Positions 32,326 to 43,153 of a DNA stretch of 64,000 bases are shown here, in pieces. This stretch comes from Candidatus Multivorans sp. (lineage in GTDB: Bacteria; Acidobacteriota; Thermoanaerobaculia; Multivoradales; Multivoraceae), in assembly GCA_965247095.1 (NCBI GenBank), contig OZ251997.1, forward strand, positions 3,616,001 through 3,680,000. Direction: 5' to 3'. Under the pieces are notes generated by a model. That model made no database searches. It worked only from the letters and a program-made list of their open reading frames with translations, and had not been told where the DNA came from. A program made the translations under genes and the position numbers. The number at the start of each line of letters is the position of its first letter. Position 1 is the stretch's first letter.

Positions 32326-33999
32326 CTACCCCCGCGCCGCGGCCTTCTTCTCCTTCTTGTCCCGCTTCGCCCGCAGCAGCGCCGCCGCCCGGTCCAGGTG
32401 GTCGTCGCCCAGGCGGTCGAGGTACTCGTCGTAGCTGCCGACGAAGTCGTTGACGCCTTCGGCCGAGATCTCGATGATCCGGGTGGCGAGTTGGCTCACG
32501 AACCAGCGGTCGTGGGAGACGAGGAGCAGGGTGCCCGGGTAGTCCAGGAGCCCGTGGATCAGCGCCTGGATCGCCTCCAGGTCCAGGTGGTTGGTGGGCT
32601 CGTCGAGGACCAGGACGTTGGGTTTGAGCACGACGTGGCGGCAGAACAGGAGACGCGCCGCTTCGCCGCCTGAGAGGCTGCCGATCCGCTTCGTCGCTTC
32701 GTCCTTGGAGAACAGGACGGCGCCGAGCTGGCCGCGGACGAAACCGATCGGCTCGCCGGGGCAGCAGTCCCAGAGCCAGCTCTGGACTGTCTTCCGCTCG
32801 GCGCCCTGGGTGTCGAGCAACTGTTGCCGGTGGTCCTGGGCGAAGTAGCCGGGGTGGGTTTCGTACCCCCAGTCGATCTCGCCGCGGTCGGCAAAGACCT
32901 CGCCGATCGCGATCTTGAGCAGGGTCGACTTGCCGATGCCGTTCGGCCCGATCACGGCGATCCGCTCGCCGCGGCCGATCTCAAGCGACACGTCGTCGAG
33001 CACCTCGTTGTCGCCGTAGCTCTTGGAGATGCCTTCGAGGGTCAGCACCCGCTTGCCGGATGGTCGGCGCGACTGGAAGCGGAACAGCGGGTAGCGGCGC
33101 GAAGTCTGGGGTAGCTGCTCGATCGAGATCCGGTTGATCAGTTTCACCCGGCTCTGGGCCTGCCGCGCCTTGCTCGCCTTGTAGCGGAAGCGGTCGACGA
33201 ACTTCTGGTGGTGGTCGATCTCCTGCTGCCGCTGCCCGATCTCGGCCTCTCTGCGCGCCCGTTCCTCGACCTTCTTCTGCTCGAAGTTGGAGTACGAGCC
33301 CGGGTAGGCGGTGAGGGCTTCGTAGTCGATGTCGAGAATCTGGGTGCAGACGTTGTCGAGAAACCGGTGGTCATGGGAGACGACGATGACGACGCCCTTG
33401 AACTCGGACAGGAATTTCTCGAGCCAGCGGATGGAAAGGATGTCCAGGTGGTTCGTCGGCTCGTCGAGCAGCAGCGCGTCGGGGTACGCGGCCAGGGTCT
33501 GCGCCAGCAGCACGCGGAGCTTGAAGCCGCCGGACAGGATCGACAGCGGCTCGCGGTGGACCGCTGTCTCGATCCCCAGCCCCTCCAGGATCTCGGCCGC
33601 CCGGGACTCCAGGGAGTAGCCGTCCCAGCGCATGACGACTTCCTCCAGCGCGGCGTAGCGGTTGCCGTCGAATTCCTCGTCGGCCCGCTCCAGCAGCCGG
33701 TCCTTCTCGACCATCGCCTGCCACAGTTCGGCGTTGCCCATCATCACGACGTCGAGGATCGAATCCTCTTCGTACTCGAAGTGGTCCTGCTTCAGCACTC
33801 CCAGCCGGCAGCGCTTCGGCACGGTAATCGAGCCTTCGCTGGCCGGCTCGTCGCCTGTCAGCATACGCAGGAGCGTCGACTTGCCCGAACCGTTCGAGCC
33901 CACAAGGCCGTAGCGTTGCCCTGAGGTGAAACGCACGCTCGCGGCCGCGAACAGGGTCTGTTCGCCGAAGCTCTTGCCGAGGTTGGAGATCGAGATCAT
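32326..33999 (-). CDS. ABC-F family ATP-binding protein (YbiT-like)
   Basis: Two ABC domains (GSNGSGKST, LSGG, LLLDEPTNHLD; GPNGIGKST, LSGGE), no TM segments. Confidence 0.93.
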   Translation of the reverse strand: MISISNLGKSFGEQTLFAAASVRFTSGQRYGLVGSNGSGKSTLLRMLTGDEPASEGSITVPKRCRLGVLKQDHFEYEEDSILDVVMMGNAELWQAMVEKDRLLERADEEFDGNRYAALEEVVMRWDGYSLESRAAEILEGLGIETAVHREPLSILSGGFKLRVLLAQTLAAYPDALLLDEPTNHLDILSIRWLEKFLSEFKGVVIVVSHDHRFLDNVCTQILDIDYEALTAYPGSYSNFEQKKVEERARREAEIGQRQQEIDHHQKFVDRFRYKASKARQAQSRVKLINRISIEQLPQTSRRYPLFRFQSRRPSGKRVLTLEGISKSYGDNEVLDDVSLEIGRGERIAVIGPNGIGKSTLLKIAIGEVFADRGEIDWGYETHPGYFAQDHRQQLLDTQGAERKTVQSWLWDCCPGEPIGFVRGQLGAVLFSKDEATKRIGSLSGGEAARLLFCRHVVLKPNVLVLDEPTNHLDLEAIQALIHGLLDYPGTLLLVSHDRWFVSQLATRIIEISAEGVNDFVGSYDEYLDRLGDDHLDRAAALLRAKRDKKEKKAAARG

Positions 34000-34115
34000 C
34001 TGTTCGTCATCTAGTAGTCTGCGCGGCTGGAATGCGGCGCGTGAGGCCGGGGCGCGCGGCGCGGCGCGGAGTCAGGATAACAACGGAATGGGCAGCAGAC
34101 AGATGACGGCGAAGC

Positions 34116-35081
34116 ATGCTGGGTAAGGTCCGCAGGAAGACCCGCGTGGCGGCGCCGGGCGACCGCTTCGAGCTGGCGCTGAGCGTGGTGGGGTGGGCCG
34201 GCGGCGCCTTCCTGGGCGCGGTCCTGGTGTTCGGAGCGGCGGTCAAGGCGCTCGACCCCCAAGGCTTCGTGAGCCAGATAGAGATCGAGGGTCTGGACTT
34301 CCTGCTGCCGGCCGCGGTGGTGACCGTGATCGCGCTGGCGCTCGAGGTCGGGCTCGGCAGCGCCCTCATCCTCGGCCTGCGCCGGATGTGGATTCTCGGC
34401 CCCTCGGCGCTCCTGGTCGCCTTCTTCCTGTTCCTCACCGGACGGACCTACTGCCGGGATCTGCGTGGCATTGCCGTGGAGGACGAGGCCGGCTGCGGCT
34501 GCTTCGGCAACCTGGTGGAGCGGACGCCGGCGGAGGCCTTCTGGCAGGACCTGGCGCTCATGGTCCCGGCGCTGGCGCTGGCGTTTCTTGGCCGGCGCGC
34601 GAGCGACGGCATGCCGTGGATCCGGCTCGCCGTCGTCGGCGCTCTGACCGTGGGCCTGCTGGCGTTCGCCCGCGCGGCGCCCGACCTGCCGCTGGACAAC
34701 CTGGCGACCCGGCTCAAGCCGGACCTTCAGGTCGACGAGATCTGCAGCGGCGACGGGGACAGTCTCCTGTGCCTTTCGACCATCGTGCCCGAGCTGGAAG
34801 AGGGCGAGCACTGGCTGGTCATCGCCGACCTCGACGAGGATCTCGGCAAGGCGGTCGACGGCCTGAACCGGCACGTCTTCGCGGGCAGCGGGATGTGGGT
34901 GCTCAGCTCGGCGACCCCGGACGAGAACCGCACGTTCTTCTGGTCCTATGGCCCTGCCTTCGAGATCCGCGAGGCGCCGCCGACGTTCCTCGCACCGCTG
35001 TACAGGACCCTGCCGCGTTCGTTCCGGGTCAAGGACGGCGTGGTGGTCGAGACGGTGTCGGGGTTGCCGCCGGCGCCGTAG
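34116..35081 (+). CDS. MauE/DoxX-family redox-associated membrane protein with C-terminal soluble domain
   Basis: VKALDP, multiple TM helices, GCGCFG motif. Confidence 0.8.
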   Translation: MLGKVRRKTRVAAPGDRFELALSVVGWAGGAFLGAVLVFGAAVKALDPQGFVSQIEIEGLDFLLPAAVVTVIALALEVGLGSALILGLRRMWILGPSALLVAFFLFLTGRTYCRDLRGIAVEDEAGCGCFGNLVERTPAEAFWQDLALMVPALALAFLGRRASDGMPWIRLAVVGALTVGLLAFARAAPDLPLDNLATRLKPDLQVDEICSGDGDSLLCLSTIVPELEEGEHWLVIADLDEDLGKAVDGLNRHVFAGSGMWVLSSATPDENRTFFWSYGPAFEIREAPPTFLAPLYRTLPRSFRVKDGVVVETVSGLPPAP

Positions 35082-35117
35082 TCACGCCGGGCGGGCGCGG
35101 TTCTCGAGATACATGGC

Positions 35118-36359
35118 CTAGTCCGCCAGACGTCGAAAGGCGCCGGTGTAACGCTCGTGCATACGATTCAGGCCGCGCTTGAGCTTCGATATGGGACCGT
35201 TGCTGCGGACCCAGGATGGGTCTGCGAACTCCGCGGCGAGATCGATGCCGCCGTTGCGCCAGGCTGCGTCGGTCGCCTGGAGCTCGCCGGCGGGGGCGAA
35301 GCGCGAGACGCCGGCTTCGTCGAAGGCGCGGCGGACGTCAGGGGGCAGATCGCCGGCGATGGCGAGGCCCTGGATGCGGTCGTTCCAGTCGTCGAGGGGT
35401 GGGAGCGCTGGAACCGAGTGGATGCGGACGGTGCGCAGGCCGGGTGAGGGCCGGAGCCGCGAGTCGTTCTCGACGATCACGGTGCCGGCATCGAGCTCTT
35501 CGCCGAACGACACAAGACCGCGGAGATCGGCCTCCTCGCGGGCCAGCCGGACGCCGGCACGTTCGGCGTCGCTTGCCCGGCCGGGGGGCAGTTCGGTGGT
35601 GAGCTCGGCGAGGGCGTCGGCGAGGGCGTGGGCGAAGGGGTCGGCAGCCGGTTGCTCGACGAGCACGGCCTCGACGGAGAGGCAGCCGCGCTGGTCGAAG
35701 AGCGCGATATCGAGCGCCATGCCGGGTACCGCTTGTTCGAGGTCGGCGTCGGCGCCAACCCAGCCGATGCTGAGCTTCGGTCCGAAGGTCACGAGTCGGC
35801 GTGTGTCGGCAGCCGCGAGAGCAGTCATGGTCGGTTCGCTGCCGTAGGCCACGACGAGGCGGGCGGAGGCGCGAAGGGCATCCTCGATCTCCGCGTCGCC
35901 GCCGGTCCAGGTGGCGGCGGTGTAGGCCTCGCGGAGGACGGGGCGCCGGCGACCCAGGGCGGCGAGGAAAGCCGGCGCGAAGAAGGGTTCGGCCCGCGAT
36001 GATTTGAACAGGACGGGCGCGCGCGCGGCCAGGGCCGGTAGCAGGGACTGGAGGATCAGGCCGGGCGGGTTTGCCGGCAGCACGACGAGGCTGAAGCCGT
36101 CCTCGTCCTGTCGTAAGGAGCGGCGCAGTTCGGCGGCCGCGGGTTCCCCGAGCATTCCGGCGCCGATGCTCTCGAGCCCGCGCTGAAGGCCCTCGGTGGA
36201 GAGGCCGGTCGCGGCCAGCAGGTCGGGATCCAGCGCGCGGCGTTCCGGGCTGCCGGCGTCGAGGAAGGCGGCCAGGGTGTCGTTCCAGGTGGTGAGGATG
36301 TCGTCGTCGGAGATGGCGAGGAGGGCGGGCGCCGCGTCAGTCAGGGTCTGCGTCGTCAC
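35118..36359 (-). CDS. LuxC-like acyl-CoA/acyl-protein reductase
   Basis: PAN, FKSS, VVAYGSE, FGPKLS, catalytic FDQRGCLS, FAPAGELQ. Confidence 0.8.
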   Translation of the reverse strand: MTTQTLTDAAPALLAISDDDILTTWNDTLAAFLDAGSPERRALDPDLLAATGLSTEGLQRGLESIGAGMLGEPAAAELRRSLRQDEDGFSLVVLPANPPGLILQSLLPALAARAPVLFKSSRAEPFFAPAFLAALGRRRPVLREAYTAATWTGGDAEIEDALRASARLVVAYGSEPTMTALAAADTRRLVTFGPKLSIGWVGADADLEQAVPGMALDIALFDQRGCLSVEAVLVEQPAADPFAHALADALAELTTELPPGRASDAERAGVRLAREEADLRGLVSFGEELDAGTVIVENDSRLRPSPGLRTVRIHSVPALPPLDDWNDRIQGLAIAGDLPPDVRRAFDEAGVSRFAPAGELQATDAAWRNGGIDLAAEFADPSWVRSNGPISKLKRGLNRMHERYTGAFRRLAD

Positions 36360-37399
36360 GCCGCGCCCAACTCCTCCGCGGTCAGCGAACAGCCGCGCAG
36401 TTCGGCGCCGGTGGCGCGGCCGAGCAGGCGGAAGGCGCCGTCTTCGGCGACGCCGAGGTCCTCGGTCAGCACATGGCAGACGGATCCGAGGTTCGCGAGG
36501 TCGAAGAAGGACAGCAGCCCCGTGCGCCCGTCCTCGACTTCCTCGAGGGTTGTCGGGTCGAGCACGCGAAACGGCATCCACGGGGGAGTACGCAGGTGCT
36601 CGCCGCCGGGGCGGGAGTAGGCCTGGCTAGTCAGCTCCGTCATGCCGTACTCGCGGACGATCGCCTCCCGGCGCAGACCGAGCAGGGCGCGGGCGCGCCG
36701 CCGGACCTCGTCCGGCGTCGTCTCGAGGCGCTGGCCCTTGAAGCCGCCGGTCTCGAACACGCGGCTTCCGGCCGGCAGTCGGATCGCGTGCCCGGTCTCA
36801 CCCTCCAGGTGGTCGAGCAGGAGGACGAGGGCGAGGGCGGTGGCCAGGATCAACACCGGCTCACCCTCGCCGCGGCCCTGGAGCCAGCGTCGCGCCTGCC
36901 CGACGTCGATCCCGCCCGCGGAGACGGCCCAGGCGCTGCCCGGCGCGGCGTGGCGCTCGAACACGTGGTCCGCCATGAAGGAGAGGCTCGAGTCGGGGGC
37001 CGCGGTGCGGTCGGGGATGAGCAAGAGCATCGGCACCCGCTCACTGCCCGCGGGCAGGCAGGCGGCGGCGAAGGAGGCGTCGATCACCTTCCGGTAGAGG
37101 TCGGGGTACGGGTGGTAGTGGACGCTCCGTCGTTCCGCGCCGCGGGTGGTGCCGCTGCTGCGGAAGACCTCCCGGGGCTCGGCGGCGGCGAGGCGTAGCG
37201 ACTTGAAGGCCGAGGTGGGGACCGGCGGCGCCGCGCGCCAGTCGTCGAGCGCGCCGCGGGAGAGGCTGCGGCGCTCGCACAGGCGGCGGTAGGGCTCGAC
37301 CCGCTCGATTCCGAAGCGGGCTGCCGCCGGGGCAAGTTCCTCGAAGCGGCCTTCGCCGCAAGCGATGAAGCGTTCGATCCGTTGAACCAGGCCGGTCAT
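36356..37399 (-). CDS. LuxE-like acyl-protein synthetase
   Basis: FRSSGTT, ETGGFKG, EYGMTEL, DLAN, TEDLG, GRATGAELRGCS. Confidence 0.85.
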   Translation of the reverse strand: MTGLVQRIERFIACGEGRFEELAPAAARFGIERVEPYRRLCERRSLSRGALDDWRAAPPVPTSAFKSLRLAAAEPREVFRSSGTTRGAERRSVHYHPYPDLYRKVIDASFAAACLPAGSERVPMLLLIPDRTAAPDSSLSFMADHVFERHAAPGSAWAVSAGGIDVGQARRWLQGRGEGEPVLILATALALVLLLDHLEGETGHAIRLPAGSRVFETGGFKGQRLETTPDEVRRRARALLGLRREAIVREYGMTELTSQAYSRPGGEHLRTPPWMPFRVLDPTTLEEVEDGRTGLLSFFDLANLGSVCHVLTEDLGVAEDGAFRLLGRATGAELRGCSLTAEELGAA

Positions 37400-39846
37400 G
37401 ACCCTTCTGCGAAGAAGGCCGCCGCAGTGGTTGCCGGGTGGCCGGCAAGTCCCGCGCTGTCCGAATCGCCAGATTCCGGCCACCACTCGGCCGGCAGGTG
37501 CTTCCGGTAGGGCTGCTGCAGGAAGCGGCGGTCGAGGAGCGCGATCACGCCGCGGTCGTCGGCGGAGCGGATCAGCCGCCCGGCGGCCTGGACCACGCGG
37601 GTCATGCCGGGCACCACGAAGGCGTACTCGAAGCCGCGTTCGAAGCGCTCGTCGTAGTAGGCCTGAAGCAGCTTCTGTTCCATCGTCACGGCGGGCAGGC
37701 AGGGGCCGACGACGGCTACCGCGAGCAGCGCATCGCCCGGGTAGTCGACGCCCTCGGAGAACACGCCGCCCGCCACCGCCAAGAGCAGCGTGTCGCCGGC
37801 AAGGGGACTGGTCAGGGCGTCGAGCACCTCCTGACGCCGCGCCTCGCTGGTCGTCTGCTGCTGGACCAGCACGTTGCGGCCGCAGTCGGGCAGCCGTTCC
37901 TCGACCTCGGCGAGGAAGCGGTAGCTGGGGAAGATGGCCATCGAGTTCCCGGGCACGGAGCGGGCGAACTCGGCCAGCCGTTCGGCGATCGGGCCGTAGT
38001 TGTCCTCGCGGGTGCGGTACGTCGTGGCCACCGAGGTGTCGACGACGATGCGGCGGTTCTCGGCGGGGAAGGCGCTCGGCACATCGAGGGTCGAGGTCCG
38101 CGCCTCGTCGAACCCGAGCAGATCGCGGTAGAACTCGAAGGGCTGGAGGGTCGCCGAGAGGCCGATGCAGGAGCGGCAGCGGTTGATCGTCGCCCCCAGG
38201 AAGGCGCTCGCGTCCTTGCACAGGAGGCTGAAGCTCGGTTCCCCGTCGGTGCGCCGGAAGAGGAAGCTGAAGGACTCGGCGTGCTTGGGCGAGGAGGCGA
38301 GCTGGAGCGTGTTGAGGAACCGGAGCAGCTTGAAGTAGAGATCCACGAAGGCGTCGTTGGCGGCGAATGAGCGGGTGTCGCGGCGGAACTCCAGGTAGTC
38401 CACGAAGCCGCGGTCGAAGGCGGGCCGCAGGCCCCAGAGTTCGTCTTCGGGGGCGGCGCCCTCGGCGACCGCGCTGCGGTCCGGGCGATCGAGCTGCCCG
38501 TCGACGCCGGTCCGAATCAGGTCTTCGAGCGCGGTACAGAGTTCGCGCAGGCGATTGGTGGGCCCGCCCTCGGCGCCGCGGCCCACCCGTCGCAGACTTG
38601 AGGCGGCGTCGCGGCACCCCTTCGCGGTCAGTTCCGGGCTGTAGTAGCCGCGGCCGCGGTCGATGAGGTTGTGAATCTCATCGACGATCAGGACCGTGCC
38701 GGAGAGGTCCGCGTCGCCCTGGAACTCCGTCAGCTTGACGAAGGGGTCGAGGGCGTAGTTGTAGTCGCCGACCACCACCTGGACCTGGCGCCCGAGTTCG
38801 AGGCTGATCTCGAACGGGCAGACACGGGTGCCCTTCGAGGCGGCGTAGATCGCGTCCGGCTCCAGCAGGCTGTGCTCCTGGAGCAGCCTCGGGATGAGCT
38901 GGCTGCTCTGCAGCTTGCTGTAGTAGTCGCGGGCGTACTGGCAGTAGTCCTCGTGGCAGATGATCTCGTCGTTCGCGCACATCCGCGCTTTGGCCCGCAG
39001 GTGCAGGGAGTGGAAGGCGCCCTCCCGGTTGAGCAGGTCGATGACGCGGTTGGCCATCGCCTGTTGGGTGTTCTTGGCGGTGAGGACGAATACCCGCAGG
39101 TCGCGGGCGAGCGCCTCGCGCAGCACCGGGAACAGGACTGCCGCCGTCTTGCCCAGGCCGGTGGGCGCCTGGACCATCAGGTGCTCGCGCTGTTCGATGG
39201 CAAGTCCGGCGCGGTCGACGATCTCCTGCTGGCCCGGTCGCGGCTGATGGAAGGGGAACTCGAGCCGTTCGGCTGCCAACTCGCGTCGCTGGCGCTGCGC
39301 GCGGGCCGCCTGGTAGTCGTGGACGAGGGCGTTGAGCCGCACCCGGATGCCGGTCTCGAGCTCCTCCCAGTCGAGTTCGACCGTAAGCCGTTCGATGTCG
39401 GCGGTGCCGATCTCGATCAGGACCAGCTCGGCGCGCACCGGCAGCGCGGCCGCGCCCGACCGGTGGAGGATCCAGCCGTAGAGCGCCGCCTGCTGCCGGT
39501 AGGTCGCCAGCAGCGCCGGCGAGGGCTCGGTGTTCGGGCGCACGGACTTGATCTCCTCGATCGCAATAGAGCCGTCGGCGTTGCGGTAGAGGCCGTCGGC
39601 GCGGCCGGTCAGGGTCACGCTCCAGCCGCGGTGGTTGAACTCGAGCGACAGCTCGACCTCTCGCCGGTAGCTCGGCTCGCGCGCCATCGCCTGTTCCTGG
39701 TAGCGGCTGTGGATCGCCTGGCCGACCCAGAGCCGCTCGAACCCGCCCCGGTTGGCGAACCCGAGGTTTTTTTTGGAGCGGTGGTCGAGCAGGTCCGCCA
39801 CGGACAGTCGGAGCGTCTTCGCGTCGTCGTCGAAGCGCGGCGGCAT
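37396..39846 (-). CDS. DinG/XPD-family Fe-S helicase with N-terminal PD-(D/E)XK nuclease domain
   Basis: GRADG...EEIKS...QAALY nuclease motifs; RPGQ, APTGLGKT, four Cys, DEIHN, SAT, FPSY, SEGVD, QAAGRLIR. Confidence 0.9.
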   Translation of the reverse strand: MPPRFDDDAKTLRLSVADLLDHRSKKNLGFANRGGFERLWVGQAIHSRYQEQAMAREPSYRREVELSLEFNHRGWSVTLTGRADGLYRNADGSIAIEEIKSVRPNTEPSPALLATYRQQAALYGWILHRSGAAALPVRAELVLIEIGTADIERLTVELDWEELETGIRVRLNALVHDYQAARAQRQRRELAAERLEFPFHQPRPGQQEIVDRAGLAIEQREHLMVQAPTGLGKTAAVLFPVLREALARDLRVFVLTAKNTQQAMANRVIDLLNREGAFHSLHLRAKARMCANDEIICHEDYCQYARDYYSKLQSSQLIPRLLQEHSLLEPDAIYAASKGTRVCPFEISLELGRQVQVVVGDYNYALDPFVKLTEFQGDADLSGTVLIVDEIHNLIDRGRGYYSPELTAKGCRDAASSLRRVGRGAEGGPTNRLRELCTALEDLIRTGVDGQLDRPDRSAVAEGAAPEDELWGLRPAFDRGFVDYLEFRRDTRSFAANDAFVDLYFKLLRFLNTLQLASSPKHAESFSFLFRRTDGEPSFSLLCKDASAFLGATINRCRSCIGLSATLQPFEFYRDLLGFDEARTSTLDVPSAFPAENRRIVVDTSVATTYRTREDNYGPIAERLAEFARSVPGNSMAIFPSYRFLAEVEERLPDCGRNVLVQQQTTSEARRQEVLDALTSPLAGDTLLLAVAGGVFSEGVDYPGDALLAVAVVGPCLPAVTMEQKLLQAYYDERFERGFEYAFVVPGMTRVVQAAGRLIRSADDRGVIALLDRRFLQQPYRKHLPAEWWPESGDSDSAGLAGHPATTAAAFFAEGS

Positions 39847-39973
39847 GGCGGCGAGACTACCGCCTGGAGGCGCTGTGGAAGGAGGGACGGGGCGCCCGAT
39901 TCCCTGCCGCGACCGGACGTTTCGGCGCTTCACCGGTTGTTATTCAAGTGGCGATGGCATAGCCTCCGTTCTT

Positions 39974-41008
39974 ATGGCGGACAACTTCCCCGGCGGCGAG
40001 AGCCCGCTCGACCTCCAGAACCTGGGGAAGATTCTTCGTGAGCGGCTGGGGGGCCTGAAGATCGTCGCGTTGGTGGTGCTGGTCGGCATTCTGCTGCTGT
40101 CGAGCATCTACACCGTCCAACCGGAAGAGGTGGCCGTCATTCTGCGCCTTGGTCGCTACATCGGCCAGACCGAGTCCGGGCTCCACTTCAAGATTCCGTT
40201 GATCGACGAAAAGACCAAGGTGCCGGTCAAGCGGCAGTTGAAGGAGGAGTTCGGTTTTCGCAGCGAGAGCGTGGGCGTGCGCAGTACCTTCAGCGGCAAC
40301 GCGGACGAGGCGAACATGCTCACCGGCGACCTGAACGCCGCGGTGGTCGAGTGGGTCGTGCAGTACCGGATCGTCGATCCGTACCAGTACCTGTTCCGGG
40401 TGCGGAACATGGACAGCACCTTCCGTGACATGAGCGAAGCCGTGATGCGCAAGGTGGTGGGCGACCGCACCGTGAGCGAGGTCCTGACCGTCGGCCGGGC
40501 CGAGATCGAGGGCACCGTCAAGGTGGAGCTGCAGGAACTCTGCGAGCAGTACGAGACCGGGATTCGGGTCGATCAGGTGGTGCTGCAGAGCAACAACCCG
40601 CCGGAACCCGTCAAGCCGTCGTTCAACGCGGTCAACCAGGCCGAACAGGAACTCGAGCGGCTGATCAACGAAGCCGAGGCCGAGTACAACCGGATCATCC
40701 CGCGCGCCGAGGGTGAGGCGCTGCAGACGATTCAGCAGGCGGAGGGTTACGCGCTCGACCGGGTCAACCGCTCCCAGGGCGACGCCACCCGCTTCAACGC
40801 CCTGTACGGGGAGTACCGTCGGGCGCCGGAAGTGACCCGCACGCGGATGTTCATCGAGACGATGGAGCGTGTGCTGCCGCGGGTGGGCCGGAAGATCGTC
40901 GTCGATGAGGACATCGAGGGCCTGACGCCGATCATGAGCTTCGAGGGAGTCAGCGCGGCCAGGACGCAGCAGGCGGCGGCGCAGCAGGCCGGGGAGGGAT
41001 TGCCGTGA
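39974..41008 (+). CDS. hflK: FtsH modulator HflK
   Basis: TM plus SPFH domain, MLTGDLN, IPRAEGEA, APEVTRTRMFIETME. Confidence 0.95.
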   Translation: MADNFPGGESPLDLQNLGKILRERLGGLKIVALVVLVGILLLSSIYTVQPEEVAVILRLGRYIGQTESGLHFKIPLIDEKTKVPVKRQLKEEFGFRSESVGVRSTFSGNADEANMLTGDLNAAVVEWVVQYRIVDPYQYLFRVRNMDSTFRDMSEAVMRKVVGDRTVSEVLTVGRAEIEGTVKVELQELCEQYETGIRVDQVVLQSNNPPEPVKPSFNAVNQAEQELERLINEAEAEYNRIIPRAEGEALQTIQQAEGYALDRVNRSQGDATRFNALYGEYRRAPEVTRTRMFIETMERVLPRVGRKIVVDEDIEGLTPIMSFEGVSAARTQQAAAQQAGEGLP

Positions 41009-41934
41009 GGATCGTGGCGATCGTCCTGGCGCTGGTGCTGCTCGTGGTGTTGGGGAACTCCCTGTTCGTGGTCCGTGAGGACCGCCAGGCGATCATCACG
41101 CAGTTCGGCGCGCCGGTCGGCGAGGCGATCGAGACGCCGGGGCTCAAGTTCAAGCTGCCCTACCAGAAGGCGCAGTACTTCGACCGCCGCTTTCTGGAGT
41201 GGCAGGGCGACGCCGACGAGTTACCGACCCGCGACAAGGTGTTCATCTTCGTGGATACCTACGCGAGATGGCGGATCTCGGACCCGCTGCTGTTCTTCCA
41301 GCGCCTGCGCGACGAGCGCGGCGGCCAGTCACGGCTCGACGACATCCTGGACGGTGAGACGCGCAGCGCGATCGCCAACCACGACCTGATCGAAGTGATC
41401 CGGAGTTCCAACCGGGAGGCGGCGGCGGATGAGTCGAGTCAGGACGCTGGCGACGGCCTGGAGGAGATCGTCACCGGCCGCGACAAGATCCGCCTGGACA
41501 TCCTGGCCGCGGCGCGGGAACGCACCGCGGACCTGGGGATAGAGGTTCTCGATGTCCAGTTCCGGCGCATCAACTACGGCAAACAGGTGGAGCCGGATGT
41601 GTTCAACCGGATGATCTCCGAGCGTCAGCGGATCGCCGATCGGTTCCGCTCGCAGGGCCAGGGCGAGGCGTCGCGCATTCGGGGTGAGATGGACCGCGAG
41701 TTGAAGCGGATCCAGTCCGAGGCGTACCGCTCGGCGACCGAGATTCGCGGCCGGGCCGACGCCGAAGCGACGGACATCTACGCCTCGGCCTACAACCAGT
41801 CGGCGCAGTCTCGGAGCTTCTACGAGTTCCTGCGCACGATGGAGGCCTTCGAGCGGACGATCGACGAGGGAACGTGGCTGGTCCTGTCGAGCGATAGTGA
41901 TTACTACAGATTCCTGAAGACCAGCGGCCCTTAG
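41005..41934 (+). CDS. hflC: FtsH modulator HflC
   Basis: PGLKFKLP, VDTYARWRISDP, RMISERQRIA, FYEFLRTM. Confidence 0.95.
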   Translation: MRIVAIVLALVLLVVLGNSLFVVREDRQAIITQFGAPVGEAIETPGLKFKLPYQKAQYFDRRFLEWQGDADELPTRDKVFIFVDTYARWRISDPLLFFQRLRDERGGQSRLDDILDGETRSAIANHDLIEVIRSSNREAAADESSQDAGDGLEEIVTGRDKIRLDILAAARERTADLGIEVLDVQFRRINYGKQVEPDVFNRMISERQRIADRFRSQGQGEASRIRGEMDRELKRIQSEAYRSATEIRGRADAEATDIYASAYNQSAQSRSFYEFLRTMEAFERTIDEGTWLVLSSDSDYYRFLKTSGP

Positions 41935-41953
41935 CTCACTCGGCCGTCACTAG

Positions 41954-43153
41954 ATGACCGGTCTGATCGGACTCGTGGTCATCCCGGGCATTGCCTGGGC
42001 GCTGTCCACCGACCGATGGCGGGTCCGGTGGCGCACGGTCCTGATGGGCACGGCGATTCAGTTCGTCTTCGCGGTGCTGATTCTGAAGACGCCCTGGGGT
42101 CGGGCGTTCTTCCGCGGCGCAAACGACGTCGCGACCGAGTTCCTCGGCTACGCGGACTTCGGTTCGCTGTTCGTCTTCGGAGAGACCTTCGAGGAGCACC
42201 TGTTCGCGTTCAAGGTGCTGCCGACGATCATCTTCTTCTCGGCCGTCGTCGCGGTGCTGTACCACCTGGGCGTTATTCAACGGGTGGTCAAGGTCTTCGC
42301 CGTCGTGATGACGAAGCTGATGGGCACCTCAGGCCCCGAATCGCTGTCCGCTTCGGCGAACATCTTCGTCGGCCAGACCGAAGCGCCGCTCATCATCCGC
42401 TCGTACATCCAGAAGATGACTCGCTCCGAGCTGATGGCGGTGATGACGGCCGGCTTCGCCACCGTCGCCGGCGGCGTGCTTGCGGCATACGTCGGCCTGG
42501 GCATCCCGGCAGGGCACCTGATCGCGGCCAGTGTGATGTCGGCGCCGGCCGCCCTGGTCATGGCCAAGTTGATGATCCCGGAAACCGAGACCGAGCGGGT
42601 CGCGGCCGACTCCGATTTCGAGGTCAAGACGCCGTGGGTCAACATGATCGACGCGGCCGCGCAGGGCGCCGGCGACGGCCTGAAGCTGGCGCTCAACGTC
42701 GGCGCCATGCTGCTCGCCTTCGTTGCCATTGTGGCGATGCTCAACGGTTTCCTGGGCCCGGTCGGAGGCTGGATCGGAATCCCCGGACTGAACCTGGAGA
42801 TGATCCTCGGCTTTCTGTTCCGGCCCCTGGCCTGGGTGATGGGCGTACCCTGGTCCGAGGCGGATGCGGTGGGAACCTTGCTCGGACTGAAGACCGCGGT
42901 CAACGAGTTCGTCGCCTATTCGCGGTTCCAGGACATCTCCGCCGAGACCCAGTTGTCGGAGCGTTCCCAGGTGATTGCGACCTACGCGCTGTGCGGCTTC
43001 GCCAACTTCTCGTCGATCGCGATCCAGATCGGCGGCATCGGCGGCATCGCCCCGGAACGCAAGAGCGAACTGGCGAGCCTGGGCCTGCGGGCGATGATCG
43101 CCGGCACCCTGGCGTGCCTGCAGACGGCGACGATCGCCGGCCTGCTGATCTGA
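41954..43153 (+). CDS. nupC: NupC/CNT-family nucleoside transporter
   Basis: [45 protein letters not shown]. Confidence 0.92.
   Translation: MTGLIGLVVIPGIAWALSTDRWRVRWRTVLMGTAIQFVFAVLILKTPWGRAFFRGANDVATEFLGYADFGSLFVFGETFEEHLFAFKVLPTIIFFSAVVAVLYHLGVIQRVVKVFAVVMTKLMGTSGPESLSASANIFVGQTEAPLIIRSYIQKMTRSELMAVMTAGFATVAGGVLAAYVGLGIPAGHLIAASVMSAPAALVMAKLMIPETETERVAADSDFEVKTPWVNMIDAAAQGAGDGLKLALNVGAMLLAFVAIVAMLNGFLGPVGGWIGIPGLNLEMILGFLFRPLAWVMGVPWSEADAVGTLLGLKTAVNEFVAYSRFQDISAETQLSERSQVIATYALCGFANFSSIAIQIGGIGGIAPERKSELASLGLRAMIAGTLACLQTATIAGLLI

Noticed and set aside
31529-32328. 9-bp inverted repeat TAGCCAGCC/GGCTGGCTA flanking the TA pair
   Set aside because: Too short for this GC content, and no target duplication
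35118-37399. Bioluminescence operon
   Set aside because: No luxA, luxB, luxD or luxG; luxC/luxE homologues are common in non-luminous bacteria
39400-39846. Cas4 or type IV CRISPR CasDinG
   Set aside because: The nuclease domain lacks the Cas4 cysteine cluster, and there are no cas genes or array
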